A stretch of DNA of 64,000 nt from Candidatus Margulisiibacteriota bacterium (GCA_050250935.1 JBFWNS010000003.1:96001-160000), one strand, 5' to 3'. Positions 9,172 through 19,101 are shown, counted from the stretch's first letter. Notes: a model not told the origin generated them from the sequence alone. Program-made: numbers and translations.

Positions 9172-12084
9172 CTAAAAATTAACCTGAACCCGCCCCGTCC
9201 CGTCCCATAAGGCATAGCCTGGGTTGTTTTTGGATTCATGGTTCAGGGTCAGGCTAACCAGAACCCGGCGGTTTAAATCGAGGCTGACGCTGTTGTTCCA
9301 GGTTTGGGTAAGGGTGATGGCTTCGGGGCGGTTTTCAGTCAGAAGGCTGTATTTCGAGTTGAGTAGTAGGGCGCCAAATAGGCGTAAATCTACTTCGATT
9401 TCGGGTTTTTGAGACCTAAAATCGAGGCTGTTTTCGGTGTTGAGGCTTTCGCTATAGGCCAGCCGAACCGCAGAGCCGCCTCCCAATTCGATGCGGTCTG
9501 AAACCGTTAGGGTGTTTTTTAGTAGGCTGTTGGCGCTGGGTTCGGTTACGATGGTTTTTTCAGACTCTGCGCCCAAGCCGAAGAGCATGAAGCCCCATTG
9601 GTGGGTCAGCTCGCTTTTCAAATGATCGGCTTGGCTGTGGGTTAGGGTGTAGGTGGCGTTTTGGGTGCTGGCCAGGGCCCAGTCCCATTTTTGTTCGGTT
9701 TCGTATTGCACTTGAATTCGGGTTTGTGGGGTTAACGAGGTCTGGGCTTTGGCGATGTAGGTGGTGGTTTTTTGGGTGGCTTCCGAAAACGTCGCCAGGG
9801 GAAAATAGGCCAGCTGAAGCCGATCCTGGTTCTGAAGCCGGGCCGAAAAGGCCGTGGTTGCCCAAGCGCCAAATCCCGAGGTTAAATCCCATTGCTGTTC
9901 GGTGTTGTTATAGGCAAATTGACCCGAACTTTTGATTTTTTCTTGCTTGGCCTTCAGGTTGTATTTTAATCGAAGGGTTTTAAGGGGGTCTAGCGATGTT
10001 CGAACCTGATAATCCCATTTTTCGGTATCCGTGGCTTGATTGTTGTAGCTTTCGTTCAAACTTTCCAAATTCAAACTGCCATCCACCGTCAATCCCCCAA
10101 TGGGGCGATATTGGGTGTTGGCGTTGATCACGGTAATGGGCAGGACATTCGATTGCCGCCGAGACTCGATAAAGCCATCCAGATCCAAGGCCGTACTTTT
10201 CCAGCGGCTGGACAGTTTGGCCCCCGCTTCTTTGGCCGAGACATGGGCCAGGGTTTCTTGGTTTTTAAACCGACCCTCCATACTGACGGTGTTTTGATCG
10301 CCCAAAGGCAAACTATAGCCACTTTCGATTTGGGCAAAGGTATAGCTGTCTTGGGGGCTAATGCCCTGCCTTTGCTCGAGACTGGTGTTGGCCAACCATT
10401 GTCCAGGACCGATGGGGTGGGTCAGGGCCAGGGTTTCGGTAGATCTTGTGTAAAAGGTGCTGTTGCCCGTACTGGGAAGTTCAATATGGTCAAAAACCCG
10501 CACCGCGCTTTTGAGCTGTCCCTGCCACAGGGGGAAAGATACCCCTGCCAAAGATTCCGTTTCCCGTTGTGGGGTGCCGCCCAGGGTTTGGGATTGGGCG
10601 AAGCTTTTCAGCGAGAGTTGAACCGGTCCTGCTGTAGCGTCGCTTTCGATTCCCAAGTGGGTGTCGCCTGGACTAAATTGCCCGGCCGAAATGGGTCGAA
10701 AGGTTGTGCCATAACTTTTCCCGAAAACGAATAGTCGCACTGTATCGCCGGTGTAGCCCAATTTGATGGATCCGGCTTGCCCGTCTTCAACCACATTGGT
10801 GCTGGTGGTATCGGGTAAATAATGGGTTAGGCCGACTTCGCCTTCCGCTGTCCATCGCTCCCAGCTGTGTTTGTGGTGCACAATCAGTACATCGTTTTGG
10901 GCATAGGCTTGGGTATCGGGTTGCGAGGCCCGTTTCTGCAAATAGGTGATGCTGCTGTTGATCGATGGTGAAAACGAATAGCCATAGCCAAGCCCGATTA
11001 CCTGGTCTTTGTACAAGGCGTTTTCGCTGTCATAGGTTAAGGTGATTTCGTCTTCGGGAATCAAAATCCGTTTTAAAAATTTAATGCGACCAGTGGTGAA
11101 GTCGATTTCATAGTCCACGTCTTTTTGCTGCAAAACCCGGTTTAAATAGATTTTTTGAGAGTTGGGTACAACGGGTTTAAATTTAACTTCGTAGGGTCCT
11201 TGGCTGTTGTTACCATACTGCACTTCTTTTTTACCTTGTCCCCGGGGGTTGGACAAAATCAGCTTGGCATTATGATCCCCCAGCTTCAGTTTGGCTTGAA
11301 TCCCGTCGATTTGTTCTTGATAGGGCATCAGATCCAGTCGGCTAAAATCGGCTAAAAATTCCCCAAAAATCACATGGGCAAACTGGTTTTCAAGCTCAAT
11401 TCGGGTTTTGTTTTCCTCTTTGCTGGCCACCGATGATTGGTTAATTTCCACATTCACACTGGTGCCAAGGGCTTGCCCAATAGCCAGAAATTTCAGGGTT
11501 TCGGACCGGGTTAAGCCATTGCTAAATCCATCTGGGGCCTGGCCACTGCTTTTTTTGCCCTGAAATTCCACGGTTTTGTAGCCTGAAAAGGTCATGTTGG
11601 CCGACACAATTTTTTGGATGTAGGCAATGGGGTTGAGGGGTTCTGGCTCTGCCGTCCAATAGTCTTCTGCGTTGGGTAGGTTGGGTCGAGGGACCAACCC
11701 CAGTGTTTCCCAGCGATTGTCTAGATCATAGCCATAAATAGCGTTTTTTTTTTGAGCAAATAAAGGGGAAAGGGGTTCTGGGGCCAAGGCAGCCGAAACG
11801 GTTGGCGGGGTGGGGTTGTCTGCGGCCATTTCCAGAGGACTTTCTTCGATGTGTACTTGTTGGGACGCGTTTAAATGTTCATTAACGTGGTGGAGTTGGT
11901 GCTTGAGTTCCAAAATTCTGGGCAATACCTCGGCTTCGTTGGCCGTGGTCATTTGGGCTTCGAGGCTTTGAATGCTATAGACCAATTGTTTTTTCTGCCC
12001 TTCGAAGTTTTGGGCGATCAGGGCTGTTCCCCAAAAAAATATGCAGAGCACACCAATCAAAAGCCCCTTTTTTGAAACTTTCAT
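9172..12084 (-). CDS. Large outer-membrane beta-barrel protein (~970 aa) with a SprA-like internal segment
   Basis: Likely start ATG 12084 (MKVSKKGLLIGVLCIFFWGTALIA, signal peptide) overlaps the upstream stop (ATGA). Alternating beta-strand pattern, C-terminal VQVNF, and segment PNSQKIYLN...DVDYEIDFTTGRIKF. Confidence 0.7.
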   Translation of the reverse strand: MKVSKKGLLIGVLCIFFWGTALIAQNFEGQKKQLVYSIQSLEAQMTTANEAEVLPRILELKHQLHHVNEHLNASQQVHIEESPLEMAADNPTPPTVSAALAPEPLSPLFAQKKNAIYGYDLDNRWETLGLVPRPNLPNAEDYWTAEPEPLNPIAYIQKIVSANMTFSGYKTVEFQGKKSSGQAPDGFSNGLTRSETLKFLAIGQALGTSVNVEINQSSVASKEENKTRIELENQFAHVIFGEFLADFSRLDLMPYQEQIDGIQAKLKLGDHNAKLILSNPRGQGKKEVQYGNNSQGPYEVKFKPVVPNSQKIYLNRVLQQKDVDYEIDFTTGRIKFLKRILIPEDEITLTYDSENALYKDQVIGLGYGYSFSPSINSSITYLQKRASQPDTQAYAQNDVLIVHHKHSWERWTAEGEVGLTHYLPDTTSTNVVEDGQAGSIKLGYTGDTVRLFVFGKSYGTTFRPISAGQFSPGDTHLGIESDATAGPVQLSLKSFAQSQTLGGTPQRETESLAGVSFPLWQGQLKSAVRVFDHIELPSTGNSTFYTRSTETLALTHPIGPGQWLANTSLEQRQGISPQDSYTFAQIESGYSLPLGDQNTVSMEGRFKNQETLAHVSAKEAGAKLSSRWKSTALDLDGFIESRRQSNVLPITVINANTQYRPIGGLTVDGSLNLESLNESYNNQATDTEKWDYQVRTSLDPLKTLRLKYNLKAKQEKIKSSGQFAYNNTEQQWDLTSGFGAWATTAFSARLQNQDRLQLAYFPLATFSEATQKTTTYIAKAQTSLTPQTRIQVQYETEQKWDWALASTQNATYTLTHSQADHLKSELTHQWGFMLFGLGAESEKTIVTEPSANSLLKNTLTVSDRIELGGGSAVRLAYSESLNTENSLDFRSQKPEIEVDLRLFGALLLNSKYSLLTENRPEAITLTQTWNNSVSLDLNRRVLVSLTLNHESKNNPGYALWDGTGRVQVNF

Positions 12085-12953
12085 TGATTGATCAACTTGA
12101 GGACTTTGTTGTTTAAAGAATCGGTGACAAACAAGACCGATCCCCACCCAAACAAATCGCTGGGTTCTCCGGGAATGGCAACGGTTTGTAAATAGTCGCC
12201 CGAGGTTTGAAACTGCAGCAGGGCCCGTCCTGGTTTGTCGGCCACCCATAGGGTGCCATCGGTATTCAAAAACAGGGCTTGGGGGCCAACCAAATTTTGA
12301 GCCTCTGGGGCAGTCGAGAAGGCTTTTTGAAAAACCCCATAGGGCGTGTAACATTTCAGCTTGGTGTCGGATTCATCGGCCACCACAATCGATTGATCGG
12401 GCAAAACCACCACATCTTTTGGGAAATACAGCCTTTCCTTTTCCGATCCCCATTGCCCAAACTCGAATAAAAAGACCCCCGTACTGTCAAAAACCTGAAC
12501 CCTGTGGTTGCCCGTGTCGCAGCTATAGCGTCGCCCATAGGCATCGAGGGTAATCCCCTGAGGATGGTCATAGTCCCCTGCCGAAATCCCCAATTGACCG
12601 GAACTTTTAAGGTACACCCCTTCGTAGGTATAGGTGATGATTCGGTTGTTGTGGGTATCGGTTACCAACAACTGGCGGTTCAACAAAGCCAAGCCCGTGG
12701 GATGGTCCAGATTAAACAATCGATCGGGCAATCGTTGAAACTGATCAATCACCCGCAGGTCTTGGTCCAGGCGCAAAATACGGTTATTGCCAGAGTCGGC
12801 CACGTACAAATAGAAGCTGTCCCCTGTAATACCACTGGGCGCATTGAGACTGGTTTGTGTGGTGCCATACCGCCCCGTCTCTTGGGCGATTCGCCAGGTT
12901 GCCTGAATGGGAAGTGCCAATAGCAGCAATGCCAGTGTCAGTTTGAGTTTCAC
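12081..12953 (-). CDS. Secreted NHL-repeat beta-propeller protein
   Basis: Signal peptide, then repeated P-x-G-[IL]...[YLV]V[AT]D-x-x-N-x-R-[IV] units (YVADSGNNRI, LVTDTHNNRI, SCDTGNHRVQVFD). Confidence 0.9.
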   Translation of the reverse strand: MKLKLTLALLLLALPIQATWRIAQETGRYGTTQTSLNAPSGITGDSFYLYVADSGNNRILRLDQDLRVIDQFQRLPDRLFNLDHPTGLALLNRQLLVTDTHNNRIITYTYEGVYLKSSGQLGISAGDYDHPQGITLDAYGRRYSCDTGNHRVQVFDSTGVFLFEFGQWGSEKERLYFPKDVVVLPDQSIVVADESDTKLKCYTPYGVFQKAFSTAPEAQNLVGPQALFLNTDGTLWVADKPGRALLQFQTSGDYLQTVAIPGEPSDLFGWGSVLFVTDSLNNKVLKLINQ

Positions 12954-13888
12954 AGTTGTATCCCCACCATCAATCGGGATCCATCTTGATACCGCACCGC
13001 ACTGCTGCCCACATAGGCATAGTCGATGCTAAAGCCTTGCCAAGTTAACCCCAAGCCCCCGGTTAAATGGGTGGCCCCAGCGCCTGCACGAAACACGATC
13101 ATGTTGGCGAAGGTATAGTCGGCGGCAATGCTTCCTGTAATGCCCCGAAGGTTCGAAAGTGCCATGTCCCATTGCGTGTAGACCGTAAAATCGCCAAGTT
13201 GTTGGGCCAGCCCCACAACAGCGATGCGTTCGAATGTTTCAGCCGTACCTGTTTCCCAGTGGGTATAGGACAAGGCGTTTTTTAAATGGGCTCCCAAGGT
13301 TGTTTCCGAAGCCAGTTGATATTGAATGCCAGGGGTTAGTCCCAACCCATAGCTTCGGCCCTGCTCGACGTTGGTCATGGATTTGATAAACCCAATGCCA
13401 GAAAGTCCCACACTGCACTGGGCATTCACGGCATAGGCCACACTTCCCACCACAGCATGGGCGCCATAGGTGGACCAGGCGTTGGGTGCGATGTCTGTAT
13501 TCAACGAGGCATTTTCGGTTGGGGTTAAAGGAATGTCGGTCACCTGCAGCTCCATCCAGGTCAGGCCAAGGGTCCAGTCTTTACCAATAGGCAGAACGCC
13601 ATTTAAAGCAAATAGCCCGATGCCATCTCCCAATCCGTTTTGCATGGATTGCACGGTGGTTTTTGAAATACCCTGCAAGCCAGCGGGATTGTAAAGGCCA
13701 GCAGAGGGGTTTTGGGGTTTTGCCGTTACCGCCTCATGCAGGCCCAATGCCCCGGCAAAATAGCCAAGTCCCATCAAATCGAGATCGTGAACCGAGGCTG
13801 AAAGCGCAGTAACAGCTGTGCTCCACAGCAGGCAAAAACAAAGGGATAAAGCCCATTTTATGCGGTTTTTTTGGATTAAAAGGTTCAC
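12950..13888 (-). CDS. PorV/PorQ-family (FadL-like) outer-membrane protein
   Basis: Signal peptide; ALGLHEAVTA...SAGLYNPAGL N-terminal signature; C-terminal GLGL...FSIDYAY...RLMVGIQL. Confidence 0.75.
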   Translation of the reverse strand: MNLLIQKNRIKWALSLCFCLLWSTAVTALSASVHDLDLMGLGYFAGALGLHEAVTAKPQNPSAGLYNPAGLQGISKTTVQSMQNGLGDGIGLFALNGVLPIGKDWTLGLTWMELQVTDIPLTPTENASLNTDIAPNAWSTYGAHAVVGSVAYAVNAQCSVGLSGIGFIKSMTNVEQGRSYGLGLTPGIQYQLASETTLGAHLKNALSYTHWETGTAETFERIAVVGLAQQLGDFTVYTQWDMALSNLRGITGSIAADYTFANMIVFRAGAGATHLTGGLGLTWQGFSIDYAYVGSSAVRYQDGSRLMVGIQL

Positions 13889-13949
13889 TCAAATTCCATT
13901 TTGTGTGTGTGAAGTAAGGACAGAGGGCTGATGAAGAATCAGCTGGAGG

Positions 13950-13979
13950 ATCGTATCATTTTAAGTAACTGTCTGTAAA
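13950..13979 (-). promoter_or_regulatory. Putative sigma70-type promoter for the PorV-like operon
   Basis: Minus strand TTTACA-N18-TACGAT with TG extension. Confidence 0.35.
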
Positions 13980-14015
13980 TAGATATTCATTTTATAAAAA
14001 CATAACGTCGTATTG

Positions 14016-15002
14016 CTATAGCGAGGTGTTTAAAGAAAAAATGGCCTCTAGCCCCAAATGATCCGAGGCTGTTTGGAAGGTATCGATGCGATGTTTTTGT
14101 ATAAGGCTCAGGTGTTGGGGGTTGTAGAGAATTTGGCAGAGGGCGCGGTTGGGTGAATTGCTTGGAAAATCCAAAAACTCAGGGGTTGGGGGAAACGTTT
14201 TTTGGAGCCCCTTTTCAGTTAAAATAGCGAGTGTTTCGTCGTTGAAATAGTCAATATCGGGTTCGTCAGGGTATGTTTGGGCCTGGGTGGGTTCGACGGC
14301 ATTGAAGTCGCCGGCCAACAAGTCGCAGGGGTCTAGTTTTGGGGTCAAAGCCTGTGCTTGGGCCACTCGGGTGGGTTTATCAAACGCTTCTAAATGAACA
14401 TTCCCAAGAATCAGGGTTTTGTTCCTGATCTGAATCTCTAGTTTTTGAAAAACCCGATTCAGGTAAAAATGGTTGTACCAAAAGGGACGATTGATGGGCT
14501 TTTGCAAAACAACATGGGTTTGGTTGGTGATGGGAAATTTGGACAACACAATCTGCCCACCCCAGGTTGGCCCAAAGTGTCGCCAAATTTTGACTGTTAA
14601 AGGATAGGGCACCCAAAGCCGATTCCAGGTGGTTACAAAGGCCATATAGGGATACTTTAGCCGACGCTGAAGTTCGTGGTGTTGGGCTATAAATCCCGAT
14701 CGTTTTGCCGAAAAATCCACTTCTTGCAAACACACGATGTCGGGGTCTTCGGTCTGAATGGTTTGAATCATTTGGGATAAATTTTGATTGAGCGTGGTGT
14801 TTGAAACAGGTTCAATCAGCCCCGAAAGTCCGGCGCAAAATCCCAAATTCAGGTTCAAAATAGAGAAGAAATCGGGTGGCTCTGTTTTGGCTGGTGTTTC
14901 TGGCAGCTGGACAATGCCCGACGTGGGTCGATACCCAAAGGGCAAGGCCATTAACACGATCAGGCATAGAAGTCCCAAAACCATGGCCATTTCCATCCTC
15001 AT
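14016..15002 (-). CDS. Endonuclease/exonuclease/phosphatase family protein, membrane-anchored
   Basis: Motifs LNL, PDIVCLQEVD, LSKFPI, NVHL, AGDFN, SDHL; N-terminal hydrophobic anchor. Confidence 0.9.
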   Translation of the reverse strand: MRMEMAMVLGLLCLIVLMALPFGYRPTSGIVQLPETPAKTEPPDFFSILNLNLGFCAGLSGLIEPVSNTTLNQNLSQMIQTIQTEDPDIVCLQEVDFSAKRSGFIAQHHELQRRLKYPYMAFVTTWNRLWVPYPLTVKIWRHFGPTWGGQIVLSKFPITNQTHVVLQKPINRPFWYNHFYLNRVFQKLEIQIRNKTLILGNVHLEAFDKPTRVAQAQALTPKLDPCDLLAGDFNAVEPTQAQTYPDEPDIDYFNDETLAILTEKGLQKTFPPTPEFLDFPSNSPNRALCQILYNPQHLSLIQKHRIDTFQTASDHLGLEAIFSLNTSL

Positions 15003-15062
15003 AAATTACCACAATTCCTGTATACTATAGAATCATCATTCCATATTACGAGGGAGACATTT

Positions 15063-15800
15063 ATGCAATTGCGTTCTGCAAATCCGGCGCTCAAAGACGA
15101 TGCGTTTTTAGAAAGAACCTCTGGCGAGGCCATGACGGTTCAAGGTTCTATTAATAAGACTTTTATTTTGCTGTTGGTTGTCATTGCTGCGGCTTCTTTT
15201 ACCTGGAGCAAATTTTTGGCTGGTGGGGTTGCCAGTGTTAGCGTTTGGTTGTTGTTGGGCGTTATCGGTGGCTTTATTGCCGCCTTGGTGACCATCTTTA
15301 AAAAAGACATGGCTCCCATTACAGCTCCGATTTATGCTTTGTTTGAAGGGTTGTTCTTGGGTGCTGTTTCTTCCATGTTGGAAATGCAATACCCGGGGTT
15401 GGTCATTCAAGCAGTTGGCCTGACGTTTGGGACGGCCTTGTGTATGTTGGGTGCCTACCGCTCTGGCCTGATTCAGGTCAATGAAAAGTTTAAGCTGGGT
15501 TTATTGGCGGCAACAGGCGGGATTGCCTTGGTCTATTTGGTTGGATTTGTGTTGCAGTTTTTTGGGATGCCCTTGCCCTTGTTTGGCAACGGCATTATTG
15601 GCATTGGATTTAGCGTATTTGTGGTCGTGATTGCCGCGTTGAATTTGGTGATGGATTTTGATCTGATCGAAACCGGTGCTGCCAACGGTGCCCCCAAATA
15701 TATGGAATGGTACGGGGCCTTTGCCCTGATGGTGACCTTGATCTGGCTCTACATCGAAATTTTGCGTCTGTTGACCAAATTACGCAGTAGCAGGGACTAG
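15063..15800 (+). CDS. Bax inhibitor-1/YccA family membrane protein
   Basis: GAGGGAG RBS; about 7 TM segments; C-terminal LVMDFDLIE...EWYGAFALMVTLIWLYIEILRLL. Confidence 0.92.
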   Translation: MQLRSANPALKDDAFLERTSGEAMTVQGSINKTFILLLVVIAAASFTWSKFLAGGVASVSVWLLLGVIGGFIAALVTIFKKDMAPITAPIYALFEGLFLGAVSSMLEMQYPGLVIQAVGLTFGTALCMLGAYRSGLIQVNEKFKLGLLAATGGIALVYLVGFVLQFFGMPLPLFGNGIIGIGFSVFVVVIAALNLVMDFDLIETGAANGAPKYMEWYGAFALMVTLIWLYIEILRLLTKLRSSRD

Positions 15801-15852
15801 TCCGCTTCTTATATCTTGCGTCATTATTTTAGAAATGATATAGATAGTCGTC

Positions 15853-16314
15853 ATGGATATCTATGTCTGGGTCCTGGATTTTTGTAGTCTTCTGATTTTG
15901 GGCTATTTGTTTTGGACCGATTTGCGGGACTATCGTTTGCCCTATGTCCCGCAGGTCGGTCTTTTGTTGTTTTTGGGGGCTTCGCAATGGGTCAAGGGGC
16001 TTCCTTTTTATCCGTTAAGTATGGCTGTTGCAGCTTTTGGCATGACGGCTATTTTGCTTCTGGGGCAGTGGATTTTGAAAAAACCAGCCATGGGGTGGGG
16101 GGATGTCAGTTTGGCCACTGTTCTGGCCCTGACCTTGGATTGGATGTCCTTGGGCATCATGCTGGAGTTGTCTTTTGTGCTTGGGGCTGTGGTTGGCGTT
16201 GGGCTTTGGGCTACGAAGCGGCTGCCCGAGCACGGCGCGCTTCCTTTTGGGCCTTTTTTGATGGTGGCTTATGGCCTAACCCGACTGTGGTTTGTGGTCT
16301 ATGGCGGCTTCTAG
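15853..16314 (+). CDS. Prepilin peptidase (A24 family), short form
   Basis: Catalytic Asp motifs TDLRDYRLP and MGWGD; C-terminal LPFGPFL. Confidence 0.88.
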   Translation: MDIYVWVLDFCSLLILGYLFWTDLRDYRLPYVPQVGLLLFLGASQWVKGLPFYPLSMAVAAFGMTAILLLGQWILKKPAMGWGDVSLATVLALTLDWMSLGIMLELSFVLGAVVGVGLWATKRLPEHGALPFGPFLMVAYGLTRLWFVVYGGF

Positions 16315-16720
16315 TTCCAAAACTGGATATATTTTGTTGGAATGGATTGTGGTTTTAGCGCTTTTTGGTGTTTTGTGGATGGTTATGTTCAGTTCGGGCA
16401 CAAACGCTTCTCAAACACCCTCGTCTGCGTTGCTGGCCTTTGGGCTTTTGCATCACGCCAAGCAAGTGGCAACCACCACCGATACGGATGCGGAGGTTTC
16501 GGTTCAAAACAATGTCTTAACCCTCAGCTGCGGTGGAACCGCTATTGTGGTGCCGTCTACCGACACTGGTGTTTTCAAGATCAATGGTCAGGGGAAATTG
16601 GGGTATAAAGCGCTGCGTACGGCCAAATTTGCCGGCACCCTCTTTAAAAACGATCGGTCGTTGCTTTCCGAAGATGTTGGCGATGGTCATTTGCGGCTCA
16701 AAACCTATGTTGGCCCCTAG
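16301..16720 (+). CDS. Type IV pilin/pseudopilin-like protein
   Basis: Class III signal KTG|YILLEW followed by a hydrophobic helix; ATG at 16301. Confidence 0.75.
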   Translation: MAASSSKTGYILLEWIVVLALFGVLWMVMFSSGTNASQTPSSALLAFGLLHHAKQVATTTDTDAEVSVQNNVLTLSCGGTAIVVPSTDTGVFKINGQGKLGYKALRTAKFAGTLFKNDRSLLSEDVGDGHLRLKTYVGP

Positions 16721-16982
16721 AAACGGGTTTTTGCTATTGGAATGGCTGGTGTCGCTTGTCCTGCTCAGTGCTGCCATAGCCCTTACGGTGATGGTTGTGG
16801 CCACCTCCAATGCGGTTTTACACAAGACAGCCGCCCAGCAAAAAGACATCGAAACAGCACATGCTGTGGTTTTGGGTGTCGTTTCACCATCACCCGGAAT
16901 GGTCGTGTCCACTTCGTTTTTGGGTTCTCGGCCAATCATAAGGGTGACATTTAATAAACGTCACTTAGAATGGGTAAGGTGA
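16707..16982 (+). CDS. Type IV pilin/pseudopilin-like protein
   Basis: MLAPRNG|FLLLEW followed by a hydrophobic helix; start reassigned to ATG 16707. Confidence 0.75.
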   Translation: MLAPRNGFLLLEWLVSLVLLSAAIALTVMVVATSNAVLHKTAAQQKDIETAHAVVLGVVSPSPGMVVSTSFLGSRPIIRVTFNKRHLEWVR

Positions 16983-17371
16983 TGAAAATGCCAGTCCTAA
17001 AAAATGGGTATATGCTCTTGGAAATCTTGGTGGTCTTGGTCCTGACTGCTGTGGTGCTGCCCCTCTGTCTTACAGCCTTTATTCAAGTGGTAACAACCGT
17101 TCGAAAATCCCAGCTATCTTGGGTTCAATTGATCGAAAAAAATGATTGTTTGGAAGACCTGCATGCCGACTCCTTGCAACCCATTTCGGTTCAGTATCGG
17201 GTGATGGAAAATAGGTTAAAGCGCTATAAAAATAATGCCCTTAATTTCGACTATCCCCAACTGGAATCGGTGGTGGCGATTACAGCTTCGACACAAATGG
17301 ATTCGGTTCTGTTTAAGGTGACGTTTAAACATTCTGGGGAGATGATCGTTGCGTCACCGTCACAGCCCTAA
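16982..17371 (+). CDS. Type IV pilin/pseudopilin-like protein
   Basis: KNG|YMLLEILVVL class III signal. Start at 16982 or 16988. Confidence 0.78.
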   Translation: MKMPVLKNGYMLLEILVVLVLTAVVLPLCLTAFIQVVTTVRKSQLSWVQLIEKNDCLEDLHADSLQPISVQYRVMENRLKRYKNNALNFDYPQLESVVAITASTQMDSVLFKVTFKHSGEMIVASPSQP

Positions 17372-17759
17372 TGGCTTCTTTTTGATTGGGGTGATGGTTT
17401 TTGTGGCGGCTCTGTCGATTCAGTCGATGGTTTTGGTCTTTTTGGCCAAACGAGGTACCCAAATTGTGTCTCTCCATTATTGGGCCTGTAAGGTTCAATT
17501 ATTGGCCATTTCTGGTTTAAAGGTGGCCCCCGATGTTTGGGAATCCATACCCACGGCCAATGGCATGGTTACCAAGCCTTGGCTTTATGCAAACGATGGG
17601 GCTGGGCTTGTTTTGCCGGGGTTTGAGGGTCGTGTGGTGTTGTATAAACAAGGAAATGTGGTTTATGCCCATGCCCAAAGTGGGGTAGCGACTCAGGTTT
17701 GGAAGGGGGTGTATGGAGGGGGCCAAGAACCGGTTTTGCAAACCTTTTCCCGCTTTTAG
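17349..17759 (+). CDS. Pilin-like protein lacking Glu+5 (GspK/PilX/ComGG-type position)
   Basis: PNG|FFLIGVMVFV followed by a hydrophobic helix; last of four pilin-like genes; TTG start. Confidence 0.65.
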   Translation: MRHRHSPNGFFLIGVMVFVAALSIQSMVLVFLAKRGTQIVSLHYWACKVQLLAISGLKVAPDVWESIPTANGMVTKPWLYANDGAGLVLPGFEGRVVLYKQGNVVYAHAQSGVATQVWKGVYGGGQEPVLQTFSRF

Positions 17760-17781
17760 GCCCATGTGTTATGCTGGGCCT

Positions 17782-18519
17782 ATGCAATACAGGACCCTCT
17801 TTTTTTCGGCCTATGTTTGGTTTTTGATCGTGTTTGTGTTTGTGTGTCACTCCCTCATCATGGTGCCGTTACGGCTTATTATTAAAGATCATGCGGCGCT
17901 GGACTATGCCCTTGCCAAATGGTTTTTGAAAATGATGCTGCGGTTTTCGGGTCTTCGCTACAGTCTTAAGGGGTTGGAGCATATTCCGAAAGAAGCGCCC
18001 TTTATTTTGGTGTGTAATCACCAAAGCTTGTTGGACATTGCAGTGTTGATGGTGGGGCTTCCGATTCGGTTTTTCTTTTTTGCCAAGCAAGAATTGCGTA
18101 AAGTACCGTTGTTGGGGGCCAATATGGCCCATGAAGGGCATTTTTTTGTGGATCGTAGCAATCCGCATAAGGCCTCCGAGCAGTTGGCGGCTGTTAAAGC
18201 GGCCTTGGTTGGGGGTGGGGTGGTTTTGGTTTTTCCAGAAGGTACTCGGTCTTTTACCGAAGAATTGGGGGAATTTAAGCGGGGTGCTTTTGTGTTAGCG
18301 GCTCAAACAGGGTTGCCTGTCATTCCGATTTACTTGAATGGGACAAATCGGGTCCTTCGTAAAAAAAGTCTGGTTATTCATCGGGGGTCTGTATCCGTCA
18401 GTATTGGCGAGCCTATTCCCTATACCAAGGCCACCCAAAAAAGCGAAGAAAAGCCCCTTACCATCGCCCTGGCCGAACAGTGCCGGGAAGCCATTTTAAA
18501 ACTGAAAGCTGCAGGCTAG
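17782..18519 (+). CDS. plsC: 1-acyl-sn-glycerol-3-phosphate acyltransferase
   Basis: NHQSLLD, FAKQEL, FVDR and FPEGTRS motifs; start reassigned to ATG 17782. Confidence 0.92.
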   Translation: MQYRTLFFSAYVWFLIVFVFVCHSLIMVPLRLIIKDHAALDYALAKWFLKMMLRFSGLRYSLKGLEHIPKEAPFILVCNHQSLLDIAVLMVGLPIRFFFFAKQELRKVPLLGANMAHEGHFFVDRSNPHKASEQLAAVKAALVGGGVVLVFPEGTRSFTEELGEFKRGAFVLAAQTGLPVIPIYLNGTNRVLRKKSLVIHRGSVSVSIGEPIPYTKATQKSEEKPLTIALAEQCREAILKLKAAG

Positions 18520-18953
18520 CGCTTTTTTAGTTTTTTGGTCCATAGCAAGGATAGATCTTGCTCCATACGGCCCTGTTCTTGTTCCAGGGCTGCAAAAAAA
18601 TGCTGGTTAAACCCATCCATAATTTGGGCTGCGTCTTTGACCAGGCGTTTGCCGCTGGGCGTTAGCTTGACGGTTTTTGCTCTTGTGTCTGTAGGGTGAG
18701 TCCCAATTTTGACACATTTTTTTTGGGCGAGGGTTCGAATCACCTGCGACAGGACCATGTCGCTGCAATGGGCCACTTCTGCCAGCGTTTTTTGGGTGAT
18801 CGAGGTTTGGGGATTATCCAACTCGGATAGCGTGGAAAGTACGACATATTGCACGAAGGTCAGCTCGACCTTTTTAAGGGCCCTGCCGATGTCTTTTTTC
18901 CATAAATTGGCCAACTGCCAAATTAAAAATCCAAACCGAGATGCCTTTAACAC
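18516..18953 (-). CDS. MarR-family transcriptional regulator
   Basis: ELTFVQYVVL, ITQKTLAE, HPTDTRAKTVKLTPSG winged-helix signature. Confidence 0.92.
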   Translation of the reverse strand: MLKASRFGFLIWQLANLWKKDIGRALKKVELTFVQYVVLSTLSELDNPQTSITQKTLAEVAHCSDMVLSQVIRTLAQKKCVKIGTHPTDTRAKTVKLTPSGKRLVKDAAQIMDGFNQHFFAALEQEQGRMEQDLSLLWTKKLKKR

Positions 18954-19101
18954 GGGGGTCCCTTTTTTTATTAAGTTCGTTTAAATCGAAATAAAAATAA
19001 AAGCTAACAATCTAAGTATTGACCGATAATAGTAAATGCCTTTATTTTAATTGTTATTATTATCTATATATATACCATTTTTTGAAGGAAATTAAACCTT
19101 T

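Noticed and set aside
12085..12354. Upstream-extended starts in the ORF track (also 16533, 17713, 31078, 31428, 35398, 39488, 40711, 48063, 49731, 62276)
   Set aside because: The extensions overlap neighbouring genes or promoters. Downstream starts fit the signal peptides, RBSs, stop/start coupling or family N-termini better.
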